The translations under genes and the position numbers were made by a program. From assembly GCF_004010195.1 (NCBI RefSeq), contig NC_057755.1, forward strand, positions 12,785,683 through 12,823,346: 37,664 nucleotides of DNA, read 5' to 3'. The DNA is from Chiloscyllium plagiosum (taxonomy: Eukaryota). The notes beneath the pieces were generated by a model. The model was given only the letters and a program-made list of their open reading frames with translations. It had not been told where the DNA came from and made no database searches. This document shows, one piece after another, positions 34,623-37,664 of the stretch. Position 1 is the stretch's first letter. Each line of letters opens with the position of its first letter.

Positions 34623-35295
34623 TTTGGAAAATAAAGAACATGAAAACATGGGAAGGGTTAAAGCATGAAGACCACTGGCAATCTGTGGTCTGTGGAAGGC
34701 AGGATGGGATAAGAATAGTGGAATGCTTTTACACCATTTAGCAGAGTAAGGTTAAGGCTGAAAATATCTTTGGCGAGATGAGATAACACAAGTAATCAAG
34801 CAAGTTTCTCTGTTAAGTGTTATTATGACAGGATTGGGACCATAAATATTTGGGACATGACATTAAAATATCTAATTAATAGTTAGCAGAGTCGGCTTAA
34901 GACAGGAGACTATTGTAATAGATGGAATAGCTAAATATCTATCATGACAGGTTAGTTTGGGATGGAAGATCACTGTTGCAGAGTTAGCAATAAATATCTA
35001 ACCCTGACTTTAGAATAACATTAAGTAGATTGTACAACTAAAGAGATAATGGGAACTACCATTACTGGTTTATTGTGTAGCTACAGTGAGGTACTTTGAT
35101 TAATATAGTTGGACATGCTGATAAGCTAACAGAAACATGATTAAAAAAAGATATAAAAATCCACAGACCCTGAGGTTTATGGGCATTCGAGAATCTGCTT
35201 TCTCAGTGTCACGGTTTTTTGTTTGCAAATAAAAGACCTACTTCTTGAAGAACTCTCTGCGTCTCCTGGTGATTCTCTATATTTTCTCCATAACA
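34623..35295 (+). repeat. 3' LTR
   Basis: Follows the polypurine tract; TATAAA 35152-35157; AATAAA 35228-35233; ends ...TAACA then AGAC TSD. Confidence 0.95.
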
Positions 35296-36344
35296 AGACT
35301 TTCAGTGTTCTCTGCATACTTTGCTCTATTACTCATCTTAGTATCATCTGTGAACTTGACACACTATATTTGGTCCCCAACTCTAAATCATCTGTGTAAA
35401 CCTATGTAAGGTTTTTGAAACTCTGGGATGTAGATTATCTGGTGATAAATTCAGTAAGCTATCAGCCTTCAATCTGTCAATTTCCCCAACATCTTTTCTC
35501 AACTAATACAGATTTGCTCCAGCTCCTCCCTCTCAATAAACCCAGTGTTCCCCATCATTTCCGGTATGTTATTCATGTCCTCCTTTATGAAGACAGAAGT
35601 AAAGTATAAAAATTAGTTTGTCAGAAATGTCTTTCTTCTCCATTATAAAGTCACCCATTTCTGACAGTAAGAGACCAATATTAGTTTCCATCAGTCTTTT
35701 TCTCTTTACATACCTATAGAAACTTTTACAGTGAATTCTAATGATCATTGTAAGCTTACTCTCATTTTCCCTTTTTTAATCAATCCCTTTGCTGATTTTT
35801 AAACTTTTCCCAATCCTCAGGTCTTTTGTTTTTCCTTACTTTCCGGGAGGAAAGTAAGTTGTGAAGATGACATAAGTAAAGAAGTAATAATTGCCACAGT
35901 AACTTAGAAAAAAGTAGGTAATTGAACTTAATTATACGCCATGATCGTAATGAATGGGGGAGCAGACTCGAGGTGTGGAATGACCTACTCTTGCTCTTAT
36001 CTGCTATAGTTCATCTCATCAGCAAATTTGGTGACCATATATTTAGTCCTTTCATTTAAATCATTGATATAAATTGCAAATAGTTGAGGCCCCAGCACCA
36101 ATCCCTGTGGTACCCCTCTTGTCGACCTGAAGTATGCCTATTGGTTCCTGTTAGCCACTTTTCTATTCATGTCAATATACTACTCCCTACACTATGAGCT
36201 TTTATTTTCCACAATAACCAATAATGTGGCACCTTTATCAAAAGTCTTCTGGAAATCTATGTACAATACATTCATTGGTTCCTCTTTATTCACGGTATAT
36301 GTTACTTCCTCAAAGGACTCTAATATATTGGTCAAACATCACAA

Positions 36345-36595
36345 AATCATAGAATCTCGACAGTAAGGAAACAGGCCATTTGGCCCACACCGATCCTCCG
36401 AAGAATAACCCACCCAGACCCATTCTCCTCCCCTAGTACCTTCATTTAGCCCAAAAAATGCACCGAACCTACATATCCCTGAACACTATGGGCAATTTAG
36501 CATGGCCAATTCATCTGGCCTGCACATCTTTGGATTGTGGGAGGAGACTGGAGCACCTGAAGGAAACCCACGCAGAAACAGTGGGAATGTGCAAC
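36345..36595 (-). mobile_element. 5'-truncated HE1-like V-SINE
   Basis: V-domain and tail only. Confidence 0.8.
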
Positions 36596-37014
36596 ATGAT
36601 GACAAAACGATGTGAACTCAGCCTGATTACATTGAATTTGTCCAAATGTCCAGTTGCAAATTATTTAGTAACAGCTTCTAACATTTTCCCTAAGACAAAG
36701 GATGTGGGCTGAATGGAACAAACGTTGAAAGACATTAGAAGCTTTTTTCCCGAGAGCCAGGGAGAAATGAGCCTACAGGAGACCTAACAGTTACTTTGGA
36801 AATGCCTTGTAATGTTAAATGTTGCCATAAAGAGAAAGCACAGAGATATATCGCTATTGCATTAGGTCGTTCCTGAGAAGCTACCTTTCACAGGAACATA
36901 GGAATAGGAATCTGCAATTCAGCTCACCAAACCTGTACAACTATTTCATACAATCCAAGCTGATCAATCTTAATGCCTTTTTTAATCACACTATCTCCAT
37001 AATAACTTTTCAGC

Positions 37015-37215
37015 AGAATAGTGTATGGAACCAGCTGCCGGAGGAAGTGGTAGAGGCTGGTACAATTACAACTTTTAAAAGGCATCTAGATGGGTAAATG
37101 AATAGAGGGATATGGGCCAAACGCCTGCAAATGGGACTAGATTAATTTAGAATATCTGGTGGGCTTGGAGAAGTTGGACCTAAAATTCTGTTTCCGTTCT
37201 CTGTGACTCTATAAC
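37015..37215 (+). mobile_element. CR1 3'-end fragment just inside tacr2 intron 1
   Basis: VWNQLPEEVVEAGTITTFKRHLDG and a CTCTGTGACTCTAT tail. Confidence 0.8.
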
Positions 37216-37278
37216 CCTCTGACTGTTGCGGGTGGAGAGCTGTCCCAGGGTGTCAGTCCCGGGTAGAGAGTTATTTAC

Positions 37279-37664
37279 CTGTCCAGGGCAATGGCCGTCA
37301 TTGAGTATATGCTGGCGAACACGGCAGTGATGGGCAGCAGGTTTTGGAAGCGGCAATAGTGCGGGCCGAAGTACCAATCATTGTGCACGGCGTAGATGAA
37401 ATTGAAGGCGGTGTTGAACGCAGCCATGGAGGCGTCCCCCACCGCAAGGCTCAGCAGAAAGTAATTGGTGACAGTCCGCATCCTCTGATGAGCAAGGATA
37501 ATCCAAACCACGATCACATTGCCAGAGACAGCGGTCAAGATGATCACTGAGTAAGCGATTGCCCAGAGACCCACCTGCCAGGCTGGCTGGGCAAATGCAT
37601 TGGTCAAGGTGCCGTTGGCACTGACCTCAGACTCATTCAGATCTGCTTCTGTCTCGCCGTTCAT
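37279..37664 (-). CDS. tacr2: Tachykinin receptor (NK2R-like) coding exon 1: N-terminus to end of TM3
   Basis: Translation has GNxxV (TM1), [46 protein letters not shown]. The exon ends GAC AG|GTAAAT, a phase-2 intron inside the DRY Arg as in all tachykinin receptor genes; 386 nt. 'AFAQP' and 'FQNL' favour TACR2 over TACR1/3. N-glycosylation sequons NES and NGT. Confidence 0.92.

Larger units (their letters stand above)
27437..35295 (+). mobile_element. Defective class I (epsilon/gamma-like) endogenous retrovirus provirus in tacr2 intron 1, antisense to the gene
   Basis: Paired ~680-bp LTRs, PBS, PPT, gag-pro-(deleted RT)-IN-env order. 4-bp TSD ACAC (27433-27436) / AGAC (35296-35299), one mismatch; the interrupted CR1 rejoins as ccccctgc-agac-tttcagtg. 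Confidence 0.95.

Noticed and set aside
37236..37260. REST/RE1-like site near the exon 1 donor (GGACAGCTCT on minus; similar half sites near 11310-11352)
   Set aside because: Only the right half matches; left half and spacing are poor, so it cannot be supported without a matrix scan.

Overview
Repeat-dense vertebrate genomic DNA, most likely a shark or other elasmobranch (inferred from HE1-like V-SINEs, a Deu-domain SINE, abundant CR1 LINEs and Penelope-like elements). The only host gene I can support is a tachykinin receptor, most like TACR2/NK2R, on the minus strand. Exon 1 is 37279-37664, with the ATG at the last base of the window; exon 2 is 22949-23143; exons 3-5 were not found and probably lie beyond position 1. 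Intron 1 holds a 7.86-kb defective class I (epsilon/gamma-like) endogenous retrovirus at 27437-35295 (+), antisense to the gene. It has two LTRs, a tRNA-Ser PBS, a PPT, a 4-bp TSD, decayed gag and pro, no RT/RNase H, a partial integrase and an env truncated before the TM ectodomain. The most notable signal is a domain between protease and the deleted RT carrying two H-x-T motifs (LHCTV...PHVTL), a probable viral 2H phosphoesterase. Other points: hammerhead-ribozyme-like cores with covarying stems in short Penelope termini, a 132-bp templated copy of pro inside IN, an in-frame Penelope fragment in gag, a twin-priming-like inverted Penelope insertion, and multi-level TE nesting. Most ORFs in the supplied track are TE remnants or spurious. 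TE boundaries were read by eye and are approximate unless a TSD is quoted.
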